A stretch of DNA of 63,788 nt, counting the filler, from Trichosphaerium sp. ATCC 40318 (Eukaryota > Protista > Tubulinea): assembly GCA_038496445.1 (NCBI GenBank). It is 4 parts of 4 records of this genome, joined end to end, with 100 filler letters (N's around TTAATTAATTAA, not from the genome) between each part and the next. Parts side by side here need not be neighbours in the genome. Positions count along the whole stretch, not along the records: positions 1 to 22,963 come from JALMLS010000384.1; positions 23,064 to 46,759 come from JALMLS010000302.1; 2 more parts are not named here. The stretch is one strand, 5' to 3'. A model generated the notes under the pieces. It made no database searches. It was not told the DNA's origin and saw only the letters and a list, made by a program, of their open reading frames with translations. A program made the position numbers and the translations under genes. This document shows positions 13,208 through 23,990 of the stretch, one piece after another. Position 1 is the stretch's first letter, and each line of letters opens with the position of its first letter.

Positions 13208-14791
13208 TTGCCTGTACTCAATAAACTTTCGTTCTCTTTCTCAGCAGCGTTAATGTCTAAAAAAGTTAAATTATGGTCCTCATTAATGAGTAAAGATAAG
13301 GATTGGGTGTGGTTGTCGGGGTGGATTACAATAGGTATCTCTTTAGTTCCAGTAGGTACAGTGATTAAAGAAACAAGAGTAGAAAATTCTAAAACTTGCA
13401 ATCAATGGAGCACTCTAGTAAGCAAAGATATAAACTTAGAGTTGTCTAGAGGCTGGATTTACAAGGCTAACAAGGTACGAAAATGTAACAAAATAGCAGC
13501 AATCCCAAAATATGATGACAAAGGACAATTCCGAAATAAGATACGTAAAGTGGTTTGTTTAAATCTTCCTATTGGGACTTCAGTTAATGATCTATCTGAA
13601 ACACCACAAAGTTTTACATTAACAGCTCTAAAAGAAGCTTTAACCTTTATTAGAAACAACAGTAATAGTGTCTTATGGTTAGGTAAAGAGGATATGTTTT
13701 CAGCATATCGAATGGTACCAGTAAACCCTAAACATCATGATTTGATAGCGTTTGAATGGAAAGGAATATTATATAAGGATGGTAGGCTTCCCTTTGGATG
13801 GAATAGAGCGCCAGAAGTATTTATTAGATTGATGGCCATGATCTCTAGGTACTTGCGGTCAATAGGCTTTAGCTTTCATGTTGTTTACTTCGACGATTGG
13901 TTGATTATTGGAAGATCTAAAGAAGAAGTTAAAGTTGCAATGAAAACGCTAATGAAAATACTAGAAAATTTAGGTTTTGAAATGTCTAAAGATAAGTGTC
14001 AAGGTCCAACACAGTGCCTCACCTTTCTGGGCTATGAGATCAACACAGCCAAGCGTACGATTACTTTAACAGAGCGTAAAAGGACAAAAATTAAAAAATT
14101 GGTGGTTTGGTTTCTTCAGCAGAAGTCAGCGAAGTTAAGGAAGTGGCAACAACTTACTGGTACATTAAACTTTGCGGCTCAGGTTGTATATGGGGGACAT
14201 ACATACCTAAGAAGGATATATGACGGCTTAAGGCACTATAGCAATAATGAACAGTGGGTACACAAGACAACAGCAATGCAAAAAGACTTAAAGTGGTGGC
14301 ATGATATGATGGACCTATGGAATGGTAAGGCAATTTTACTATGTCCGTTACCATTATCAAAAGGTTTGTTTCAAACAGACGCTTCAAACATAGCAGCAGG
14401 CGCGTTTTTAAATGGTTCATGGCTTATCCATGTCTTTACAAAAGAAGAAAAAAAATGGCATATCAATGTTAAGGAGATGTATGCGGTGTGGATGGCAATA
14501 AAAGAATGGAAACACTTATTTGCCAATAAACTTATCAACAATTTATTAGTGGATAATACAGGAGTAGTTGCATCAGTCAACAGACTGGTAATGCGCAATT
14601 CCAGAGCTATGAAGATGATATACGATCTGCATAAATGGTCGGCAGCATTCGGATTCCGGCTTACTGCAACTTGGATTCCCTCAAAAGAAAATACCCTTGC
14701 TGACGCTTTAAGTAGACTGCAAACACAACAATTTTATACCAAAGCAAATCAATTAGGCTTTTTTAATGTAACAGGACGTTTTATTAAATAA
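13208..14791 (+). CDS. pol: Reverse transcriptase / RNase H (DIRS-type)
   Basis: KEDMFSAYRMVPV, LPFGW, VYFDD, FLGYEI; RNase H TDAS, HINVKEMYAV, VDNT, WIPSKENTLADALSR. Confidence 0.95.
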   Translation: MPVLNKLSFSFSAALMSKKVKLWSSLMSKDKDWVWLSGWITIGISLVPVGTVIKETRVENSKTCNQWSTLVSKDINLELSRGWIYKANKVRKCNKIAAIPKYDDKGQFRNKIRKVVCLNLPIGTSVNDLSETPQSFTLTALKEALTFIRNNSNSVLWLGKEDMFSAYRMVPVNPKHHDLIAFEWKGILYKDGRLPFGWNRAPEVFIRLMAMISRYLRSIGFSFHVVYFDDWLIIGRSKEEVKVAMKTLMKILENLGFEMSKDKCQGPTQCLTFLGYEINTAKRTITLTERKRTKIKKLVVWFLQQKSAKLRKWQQLTGTLNFAAQVVYGGHTYLRRIYDGLRHYSNNEQWVHKTTAMQKDLKWWHDMMDLWNGKAILLCPLPLSKGLFQTDASNIAAGAFLNGSWLIHVFTKEEKKWHINVKEMYAVWMAIKEWKHLFANKLINNLLVDNTGVVASVNRLVMRNSRAMKMIYDLHKWSAAFGFRLTATWIPSKENTLADALSRLQTQQFYTKANQLGFFNVTGRFIK

Positions 14792-14878
14792 ATTTATTTA
14801 GAATTCTTAACAGAAGTACAAAACAAACGTATTAGAATCCTGCGAGAGGCCTATCCCAGAAGTACAAGCAATAATAGA

Positions 14879-15859
14879 ATGTCAGCGATAAAAGCAGTAG
14901 TTATTGCACTGCTCAAGCTCAATATTCCACAAAGTCAATGGATGCCTTTGAGCTCTCAACACATGCAACTGGTAGTAGCATTGTGGGCAAAAGAATCAGC
15001 AGAGGAAGAGGGGTTAAAGCCTGACACTATCCGCGTATACTTCTCACATTGGGCATGGCTTTCGAAAAGATTAGGTTATGCTGACCCAAGAGAAAATTGT
15101 GTATTATATCATGATATGTTAAGAGGCCTTAGAAGGAAGGTAGGAGATAGAGTAGACAGAAAACGACCTATGACAGCAGTGATGTTATTGAACATAAGAA
15201 AAAAAGTGGATTTGCGACAAAACAAGGATCTGGTTTATTGGACAGCAGCATTAATGGCATTTTGGGGAATGCTAAGGATAGGTAACTTGGTTCCTCGTAA
15301 AGTAGCAGAATTTAGTGTCGATAGACACGTATCAAGGTCCAACATAGAGTTTGACGGTGATACTTGGTGGTTTACACTTAGACAAACAAAAACAATTCGA
15401 TTCCGTGAGAGAAAACACGTAATACCGTTTCTGGATATGGAAGGTCACCCTTTATGCCCTACAACAGCGATAAACAGACTAATTAAACAGGTCAAACCCA
15501 TACAAGGAAAATCCCTGTTTAGACACAAGAACAACGGAAGGTGGTCACAAATAACATACTCTAAATTTGTAAAATGGACCAAACTAATGGTTTCAAAGAT
15601 GGTAAATAATACTAAAGAATATGCTGGACACTCATACAGGCGTGGCGGAGCAACACATGCAGCTGCAGCAGGAGTTCCTAATGAATGGATAAAATATATT
15701 GGCGATTGGAGCTCAGATGCATATCAAATATACATTGTAAAAAACAAAGAAGACAGATTAATAGCACCAAAATTAATGTTTCAATGGCTTAAACATGGCC
15801 TTGATCATACAGATCGCGCTGGGGAGGATGGTCAACCTCAACCATGGCTAGAGGATTGA
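14879..15859 (+). CDS. Tyrosine recombinase of the DIRS-like element
   Basis: FWGMLRIGNL (R), QTKT (K), GHSYRRGGAT (HxxR), GDWSSDAYQIY (W...Y). Confidence 0.95.
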   Translation: MSAIKAVVIALLKLNIPQSQWMPLSSQHMQLVVALWAKESAEEEGLKPDTIRVYFSHWAWLSKRLGYADPRENCVLYHDMLRGLRRKVGDRVDRKRPMTAVMLLNIRKKVDLRQNKDLVYWTAALMAFWGMLRIGNLVPRKVAEFSVDRHVSRSNIEFDGDTWWFTLRQTKTIRFRERKHVIPFLDMEGHPLCPTTAINRLIKQVKPIQGKSLFRHKNNGRWSQITYSKFVKWTKLMVSKMVNNTKEYAGHSYRRGGATHAAAAGVPNEWIKYIGDWSSDAYQIYIVKNKEDRLIAPKLMFQWLKHGLDHTDRAGEDGQPQPWLED

Positions 15860-16201
15860 CGTGGGTAGAATAAATCCGCTCGTGTGGCTACGCTAGAGCC
15901 ACCAAAGACTGAGCGTCTTTCCTCCCAAGCGCGTCTCCCTTATATTGACAACGTTGTCCAATCTAAGCTTGTTTTTGTTTATTCGAAATGTTGTACTTTA
16001 CGCGGATTTGCTTACCTTTAATCTCATTTTTCAAGTGTTGGTAAACAACGAACTACCAACTATTAAGCAATGCTGAATAAATGGAGTCCTGTGGCGTTCA
16101 TATACGAGATTCCTTTTGCTATGTATTACTTATGCTGCAAGTTTAAAGAACAGTTTTATTACGGTGAGTGAAATAATGGATAAATTTATAAGAAAGTAAC
16201 A

Positions 16202-17409
16202 TTATACTTCAGAGTATTCATCTCTCTTTGTGACTAAACAAATAGTGAGAACGAATTCTCGTACTTGCTAATGCGGAAAAACATACCTAGTCCGACTAGA
16301 AACATTGCACCATCTTTGCAAAGCCCAGGAATGCTGAACCAGAAGTCCTATTTGGTAAAAGTAAATACCACTTGTTTATTTTTGGACAACTGAGCAAGAT
16401 ACGCACTTTGTGAGGAATTTTCTCTCCATTTTTCCTAACAATATTGAAAGTAACTGTACCAGCTACGTATGCAATGACACCAAGCAAGAGTACAATAAGC
16501 ATAATGGAACCAATACTTAATCCTTTTTTTTTTTTGTTATCATCTCCTTTGCCGCCACCGCCACCACCTCCACTTGTGGGGCTGCCGCCGCTATTGGTCT
16601 TACAAGCGTGGATAGATGAGGCTGTCATTCTATAGTGAAGCCCTTCATTATCAAAGACTTGGAAATTGGTCCATGCTAAAAGAAAACTATCAGCATGAAG
16701 CCAAAAAATGTGTCAAGCCAAAACTGAATACCATCTGTTCCGCAAGATATTGTCACTAGCACACAAATCATGTTAGATACAAAATTGACTATCTTCTATG
16801 CGCTTACGTTCAAAAGTTCGTGTAGATAACCACCAGAGTAGCTCAGTTTAACACCTCCATTGTTATCAAGACCAATTGCTTGTTCTGTATCTATTGTACC
16901 AATCGAGTACTGAACAAACAATTAGATGAAGTAAGCGAAGAAGAAAGAACAATCCAACAGAGTTCGATTCCATATCGAGAAATTTCGGAACACCTCCTTG
17001 GAAATGTCACTGTACCATTGCTCCTTGAGCATTATATTGCCCCCACGCTTGACAGCCAGCGAAGTATTGCTATGGTGTGGTCAGCAAACAGATTGAAAGC
17101 AAGATGTGTCCAAAAGACGCACATTTTGGCAAAGAACGTTCGATTCTTTGCATATAGATACGCGGTATTGGTATTTATCTTTCTACAATAGTAGTAAGTG
17201 GAATGTTCGCTTTTTTGTTCACTTACTCCTCCACCGCAACCGTCACACTTTACAGTACCGTATCCGGTTACTAGCTTACCAATAAGCGCAGATAGATCAT
17301 ATTGTGAGCCGTCTTGGGCTACTATCGAGCTACAATCTGCGTATACCTTTGAAAGGCATAATAGGCTTACAAATGCCACCAAGAAGAGTTGGTGTTGCGA
17401 GTACGACAT
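16202..17409 (-). CDS. MRH-domain (CD-M6PR/ATG27-like) membrane protein, copy 2
   Basis: Mirror of 2753-3960. Confidence 0.7.
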
Positions 17410-18104
17410 TTTCTTAATAGTATTCCAACTGTTTCTCGAAAATTGACGAAATTCTTCTCAATTTGGAGCATCTAAATTTTACGGTGTATCTTCTTGTAGT
17501 TGTAAGTGCTTATTATCTTGTGCTTCATTTGATTTCTTTTCATTTAAGGATCTCTGGTATGAATTTGATTGGGGTCTGGTGGTCAGCATCTTCTACAGGA
17601 CTTACAACAGACCTTTGTTTTCTGTGCGAAAGAATTGTAGTTGGATACTATCAGTGACGCCTAAAAATACAACTGGGAAAGTTCGAAACGAAAAAGTTCG
17701 AAAAAACTACTTCGAAAATTAAATCAGACTAGCAAGAGGCGGTTTCTTCTATTTGTTTCTGCTGGGGAGTGCTGACAACATGTGCAAGTGTTATGTAAAA
17801 GATACTACTAATCGTGACAGTGAAGCTAGTCGGATTCTTGTGCCAATCAAAATGTAGCAAGCACGGCCATTTTCTTTGCGCCACGTGAAGTACTTTACAT
17901 CCTTGTTCTATGTTGCTACTGTACTAGTAGACTCATACTCAGTTAGAAGAACATACCTAGTTTCAGAGGATGGAAATTGTGTAGACTAATCTGAGTCGAA
18001 AGATGTTTTTTAAAACGCTCTTAAAAAGGAAACTGTAAAGAAAAAAAAAAGTTTGTTTCATTGAATTATTAACTTTATTTTCCCTCCAAACAAACAATAA
18101 TTGT

Positions 18105-19785
18105 ATGGACAATACAGTAAATGATATTGACGATTGGATACCAGAACGCGTACTAAATAAAAGAACGTTGAAATCCGTACGAGTGAGAATAGTTTTTTGT
18201 TGACTATTTATACGCCTTTAAGGGCGCTATAGAGTATTTAGTAAAGTGGGAAGGTTGGGACGTTGAACACGCTACTTGGGAGGTAAGTATAACATTTTTT
18301 GGCTTTATATCGCTATAAACTACTTATTTCGCTCAAGCACGAAGACGACCTTGAATGTGACATACTTTTATGTAAATTCAACTTAGAACAACGGAAAAAA
18401 GCTCAAACGTCAAAACAACAACGCAAACATAGCAACGACGCTCGTGTTATACGTAAAAAGCATGAAAAACAGTTTGTATACTCACGTGAGGCTATTTTCG
18501 GAAATCTTAATGTCCAGCAATCGAAAAAACAGAATCAAGAACGAACATACCAAGAAATATGGCAAAACATTGATCACTCGAAGATGTTTTCAAAGTACCC
18601 TCGCAAAGGCGATTACATGCTTTCTTTTGAACCAACAGAACCAGAAAAGTACTTGCCTGTTCTAGCACAGTATGGGTTTGTAGTTATAAGAGTATTAAAC
18701 AAAGAAGAGTGTGTTAAATCTCAAAAAGCACTTTTTGAAGAAGCCAATGAAGATGCTTGTTCTCATCAGGAAGTCAAGCTTGATCGCTCAAAACCTTGTA
18801 CATGGGAAACAAAGAACTGGCCTTCGGGTAGTAAGTATTTATTCAGACGACCTGCATTACATAAGGTAGCATTTGAGAATAGAATAAAAAAACAATTTAT
18901 CGGACTTTTTGTGAGATTCATGGAACAAAAAAGTTATGGACTACTATAGACTATTGGGGTGTTATGAGAGGAACAAAGAACCTTGATTTTGTTGGATCAG
19001 AAACTAAAAAAGAGAGACCCGCCTGGAAATTTAATCTTCAACTTCATTGGGACTTGAATCCATGGCAGTAAGAAATAGCCAAGTAATTCTCTGAACCAAT
19101 TTAAAACGGTCTTTTTAAGGTACATGGAAGAAGTTACAGATGGCTTGACCGCAAGATACCAAGCTCTTATCGCTTTAGGTACGCACATACATTGAAAACT
19201 AATAATTGAATATTCAAGTATTAACTTGCAAATGATAGACGATTGCCCTGAAGAAGTTGGTGGATTTCTAACTGTTCCCGGATCAACAAGGTTTTTGAAC
19301 AAGTGGTAAGTTTTTTTTACCACGTGTTTTTGCTTAACCAAGATTTTTCAGGCGAAATACACATATTAAACCACACAATAAGAATATATTAACACGTGTA
19401 CCGCCATCAGACCCAATACAACAGTACACGCAAAGAGTAAGATATTGTCCTTCTGAAATTTTGTTGTACTTTTAACAGTGCTTCCTCTTTGTTGGCTTTG
19501 TGTTTACCGTTTTGTGTTTACCGTTTTGTATAGGTGCCTTTACGTGCAGGAGAGATGGTTATTTGGAATTCAGGACAAGCACACGCTAACTATGGAAACA
19601 CTTCGAATAAAATGAGATTGATTCAATTTGTAAAGATGATTCCTGCAAAAGATGAATGCTATATTCGTGAAAGGCGCACAGCAAAAAGAACACTTGATGA
19701 GATTCCTGAATATAGACCATATGTTGATAGACTTGGTCTTGATGATTTTGGACTTAAACTATTTGGTTTAAAAGATTGGGAGTAA
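18105..19785 (+). CDS. Chromodomain + PhyH-like dioxygenase, copy 2
   Basis: Mirror of 376-2057; 1-nt loss near 18890 in an A-run. Confidence 0.78.
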
Positions 19786-20067
19786 CAACTACTGTTGTAA
19801 CAGTTGGTAGTAACATAATGTAACGTCTCGACATAGGCACTACTGCCCTGTCGTATTCAGCCAAGCAAGTTCAATCCCTACATTTTACACCTGAAACAAT
19901 TTGGGTTCTTGTACAAGGTAATTGGAGTTCATTGGTGTAAATATAGACTAAATAAAATCAAAATCTGTTGCCAACACAAATGTATTTTTTTTCCAAAGAT
20001 GTTGGCAGTAATCTACTAAGTAACTTTATGAAACCATTAATGACACTTTACTCGCTTGTAATTACTA

Positions 20068-22963
20068 CTAAGTTAATTTATTCTCATGTTGTACTAATAG
20101 AAATAAGAAATAATTAAAACAAACACGTGCGAAGGAACGAGAATAAGTAAAAACTTTAACGTACACTGTTTCGGTGGCATGAAGCAAGTGCCGTTCTTGG
20201 TCAACTTCTTCACCAGCTACATATTCACTATTGTTATATGGCACCCATGACCAAATGGCGAATGATACGCCTACAGCCACAGTAACAAAAAGTATCATCA
20301 AACTAGTAAAACTCCATGCAGGGAATCCAAGAATTATACTGTCAAGTTCACCAGGTGTTCTGAAAAACGACAATGATAGTATAAACAGGAGGAACCATAG
20401 TAACCAATACATGTTATACTGTGCAGGATCCTTATCATCCTCTAAAACCCAAATAATTAGCCAAACAAAACAAGACATCCAGTAAACAAAGGTATTACTT
20501 TGTTTGGCTTTTTTTTTCTACATACCAAACATAGTGTCAACATCAATACTTAACGTAAGAGGACCTTTAGGGCTTTTAAGCAATCTATCGTTTATAATTT
20601 GAACTGCTAGCAGCACAATTATATTCGCAGTAAATCCATATACACCGGGATCAATACCAACTACAATCAAGAAATCAAACTAAGTTATTGTAAACTTCTA
20701 TTACTTACGTAAATTATCACCACCAGTAGCGATTATCATAATAACAGTGATTACAATACCTACTATACAACCGCAGAATAAACTTATCCAACGTATCCAA
20801 CCCAAGTACAACCCCTACATAAAAGAATAAATAAGCACTGAAGGAAAAAAAACTGAAGTTGACTATAATTGTTTAACACGAAATCAGGCTGATCTGATGC
20901 TTCTTCAGTTGTTTTTCAGTATAGGTTACTCGTTTTTACGTACAAGTATAAAGCTTGGAGTTGCTTGGATGAGTATGTTACCAACAAAGAGCAACATGAC
21001 ATATAAGTTAAATTCAATGAAAACTCCAATGATAATTCCGACAACAACCAATAAAACAGTCACAAATTTTGAAGCAATGAGAAGATGAGATTCCTTAGAC
21101 GACGGCCATAATGGTTTAATAATATCTATAATTATTATAGAAGTTGCAGACATTAAAAGAGAATCAGTAGTGCTCATTCTACTCGAGTGTTAATGTTCCA
21201 TTCACAAAAACATAAATAAAATTGATAAATCTTTTTACGTACATTGCTGCTACTGAGCTTGCCAATAATAACGCTAAAGATAATAAGAAATATACTCCAA
21301 TAATTAGCAAGTACATGCGACAAAGTTAGAGAAACCTCCTTTAAGCAAAAAGTCCCTAGAGGTGAAGAGATAAGTTACAGAAATAACGATTTGTGTTACT
21401 GAATTGATATGTAAGCTCACCCAATGACAATTGAAAGAATCTGGTCAGATTCATCATCACTCAAATCAGGATGACTGACACGGCCCAGGATACCAATAGT
21501 TATACTGAACAAATAGTCAAAAACCTTCGTACAACCGAATAAAGTCGAAGTCAATCCGACAATCATGAAAACCGAAATAAACTGTAAAGTTTCTTTACCA
21601 CAATTAATTGTTGAAATATTTTGTTCAAATTAAAAGAAAGCACGTGCCTGGGTAAGTAAGCAAATCCTTGTACAAACACAAGCATCCAAATTCCAAGTTT
21701 AAGTTTCTTCTCGCTTTGTACTGCAAATATTCTTTGAAGCATATGAGGGTAGATCATTGAACTAAGCAAACATTAAACAATAACTATGTAGGTATTACTG
21801 GTACCTAACGTTTAAGATAATGAAAGAGTACCAAGCAAGTTTAGCTGTAGGTCCAGGGACAGCAAGAATATGCTCTGGTAATAGCTTTGCTTGCTTAATT
21901 AAACCTTGAACATGTAAATGAACCAAATAATGGCTTAATAACTTTTTTCTCACCTCCTTCTTGAACAACCCCAATCACAATAACGGATATAAACGCAAAC
22001 ATTATCATGCTACCCTAGGATACTTATGAGCTTCTATCAAAGTTATCATAAAGTGCTATAAAAGTCACTTAAGTGACAGTACTTGAACAATATCAGTCCA
22101 TGCAACAGAACGCATTCCACCCTTAACCAAAACTTAGTATTAAGAATTAAAACAACAAGAGCACCAGCATCTCGTATATCAGCATAACTACACCAAAGCC
22201 GATAGCTCCCCAAATGCCATCCACAGTGTTATTACTTAGTCCCTTTCAACCGTTGAGATTTGGATACTTCATAGAAGAGTACAGAGTCATTACGAACCTC
22301 CGTGGATTGACCTATCGCTTTAAACTGTCCAATGATGTAGCATATATTAGGTACAAGTAAACACAGAGCTATAAGCGTTCTCAGCAACCGTGAACCGAAT
22401 CTACAGTAATGAGGAGAAGAGTCTTGTTGACTGCAAGTACCTATCACGTATAAACTCAGCCGGTGAAATGTACTTCCTTGCCTACCACCACAATCAAATT
22501 CACGCCCAAAACAAAGCCACGACATACTTTTGCTATACGATACAGCCTAGGAGCAATAGCTAAAAGCGGACCAGCTGTCCATAGAACTGATCTAAAGCAA
22601 AAAGAAATATGTTATCAAGTAATAATTATCGACTATCGGAATTTTCTTGTTGTTTTTTTTAAAGTACCCAGCCATCCAAACTAATGCTAGATAAACCTCT
22701 TCTATAAGCGTCTCCAGGTACACCGACAATAGTAAAACCAGAGTAAAATCTTTTTGAAACAAAAAAATCACGTGTTTAGATGTAGCGGCTGTACCACGTG
22801 ATAAAAATTGCTTACGAGGCGAATGCCGTGCAAAAAAATACAAAAAAGCTCATTCGTCCTCCAACGATGTAATGTTCACCTCAAGGGTACTCTTAGTAAG
22901 CGTAGAGACAGTTGGAATAAATTTATAGCGACATTTACCTAGAGAGTTGTTTCGCTTCATAAA
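20068..22963 (-). CDS. Sodium:solute symporter (SSF) family transporter, many introns, 5' end in gap
   Basis: GGMRSVAWTDIVQ, YPHMLQRIFAVQSEK, MSTTDSLLMSATSII motifs; many TM segments. Confidence 0.8.
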
Positions 22964-23184
22964 NNNNNNNNNNNNNNNNNNNNNNNNNNNNNNNNNNNNN
23001 NNNNNNNTTAATTAATTAANNNNNNNNNNNNNNNNNNNNNNNNNNNNNNNNNNNNNNNNNNNNTCCTCAAATGCTTTGCTATGGCGGCCTATCGTGACAT
23101 GCGTATACATGTGCGACGAGGTTCAACGAAAAACTTTCAAAGAAAAATTAGGGATTTAAAAAAACCCTTTAAAATCAAAAAAAA

Positions 23185-23229
23185 CCCTTCCATTAGGCTT
23201 TATTTAATTAATAAAGCCTAATGGAAGGG
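23185..23229. other. 20-bp perfect-stem hairpin (intron 1 of paralog)
   Basis: cccttccattaggctttatt-taatt-aataaagcctaatggaaggg. Confidence 0.9.
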
Positions 23230-23255
23230 GTTAAAAAAAAAAAGGAGGAAGTTGG

Positions 23256-23341
23256 TACCTTTTTCTGCTTGGGTATTCTCCTAGCATTTATAGGCTTTTC
23301 AGAGCCCTAGATGTAGGAGAGTCTTCTTTGTTGTTGCTCAT
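23256..23341 (-). CDS. First exon of a probable paralog of the 30206-36064 gene (rest lost in gap; apparent 1-nt frameshift)
   Basis: Same context as 35956-36090: tttgac..GGATGAGC start, basic exon end, AG|GTAC donor, followed by the same intronic hairpin. Confidence 0.45.
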
Positions 23342-23506
23342 CCTGTGTTTTGATAAAGTCAAACTAAGACAATATCACGTGACGGCGATTGAATCACACA
23401 TGCATATGTATGTCAATACCAGGAACACCTACGTTCTTTGAAATTGATTAATAATTATAAAAAAAAAAAAAAGTGTACATACATTGTTATTTATAAAATA
23501 ATAAAT

Positions 23507-23670
23507 AAACATGCACTTTAGTTTTATTATGTCAATTTCATTGAATCTCTTCAAAGTTTTTATATTCAAACATACACTTTAGTTTTATCAAGGCTATTTC
23601 ACTGAATCTGCTTAAAGTCTTTGTAATTCAAACAAACACTTAAGTTTCATGCACAATTTCAAACATGCAA
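23507..23670. repeat. Degenerate ~61-bp tandem repeat (~2.5 copies)
   Basis: aaacat.cactttagtttt...tgaatct..t.aaagt.tt..attc recurs at ~23507, 23568 and 23630. Confidence 0.65.
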
Positions 23671-23868
23671 TTGACATTGTTGATGACAATTGTGTATGTA
23701 GACAATAGTAAGAAAATAATGAGAAAAATGCAAAATTATGACAAGGACTAATCTTTATGACCCTTGTAACATACGAAAATTTCTACATGCAATAGCATGT
23801 GGCAAAATTAGCTCGGAATGTTACTAACAAGCAAATGTAAGGTTTGAAAAAAAAAATAGTAGCAGACT

Positions 23869-23990
23869 CCTAAACCCTAACCCTAAACCCTAACCCTAAA
23901 CTCTATTGTTCAGTGAAAATCCTAGTATCAGTGAATTAGGGTTTTGTACACTAGGGCTTAGGTGTTTAAACCCTAGTGTTCGCTGATTCT
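23869..23990. repeat. Interstitial telomere-like (CCCTAA/CCCTAAA) repeats with CCCTAG-TGTTC motifs
   Basis: cctaaaccctaaccctaaaccctaaccctaaa, then tagggttt, ctagggcttagg, aaaccctagtgttc. Confidence 0.75.

Larger units (their letters stand above)
11450..15960 (+). mobile_element. DIRS-like tyrosine-recombinase retrotransposon, intact copy
   Basis: Intronless gag, RT/RNaseH and YR ORFs in tandem; termini approximate because no terminal repeats were recognised. Confidence 0.92.
10813..20159. repeat. Right arm of large inverted duplication
   Basis: Mirror of 1-9330; the retroelement ORFs are intact in this arm. Confidence 0.97.

Noticed and set aside
13190-14791. Alternative genetic code explaining in-frame stops
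   Set aside because: TAA, TAG and TGA all end recognisable proteins elsewhere in the window; internal stops are rare and site-specific.
15860-15965. Hammerhead or HDV ribozyme at the retroelement 3' end
   Set aside because: No CUGANGA/GAAA core or HDV topology recognised on either strand.
22964-23083. TTAATTAATTAA inside N-runs (also 46760-46859 and 58015-58113)
   Set aside because: Identical at all three gaps; an artificial six-frame-stop scaffold linker. Adjacency across gaps is therefore not guaranteed.
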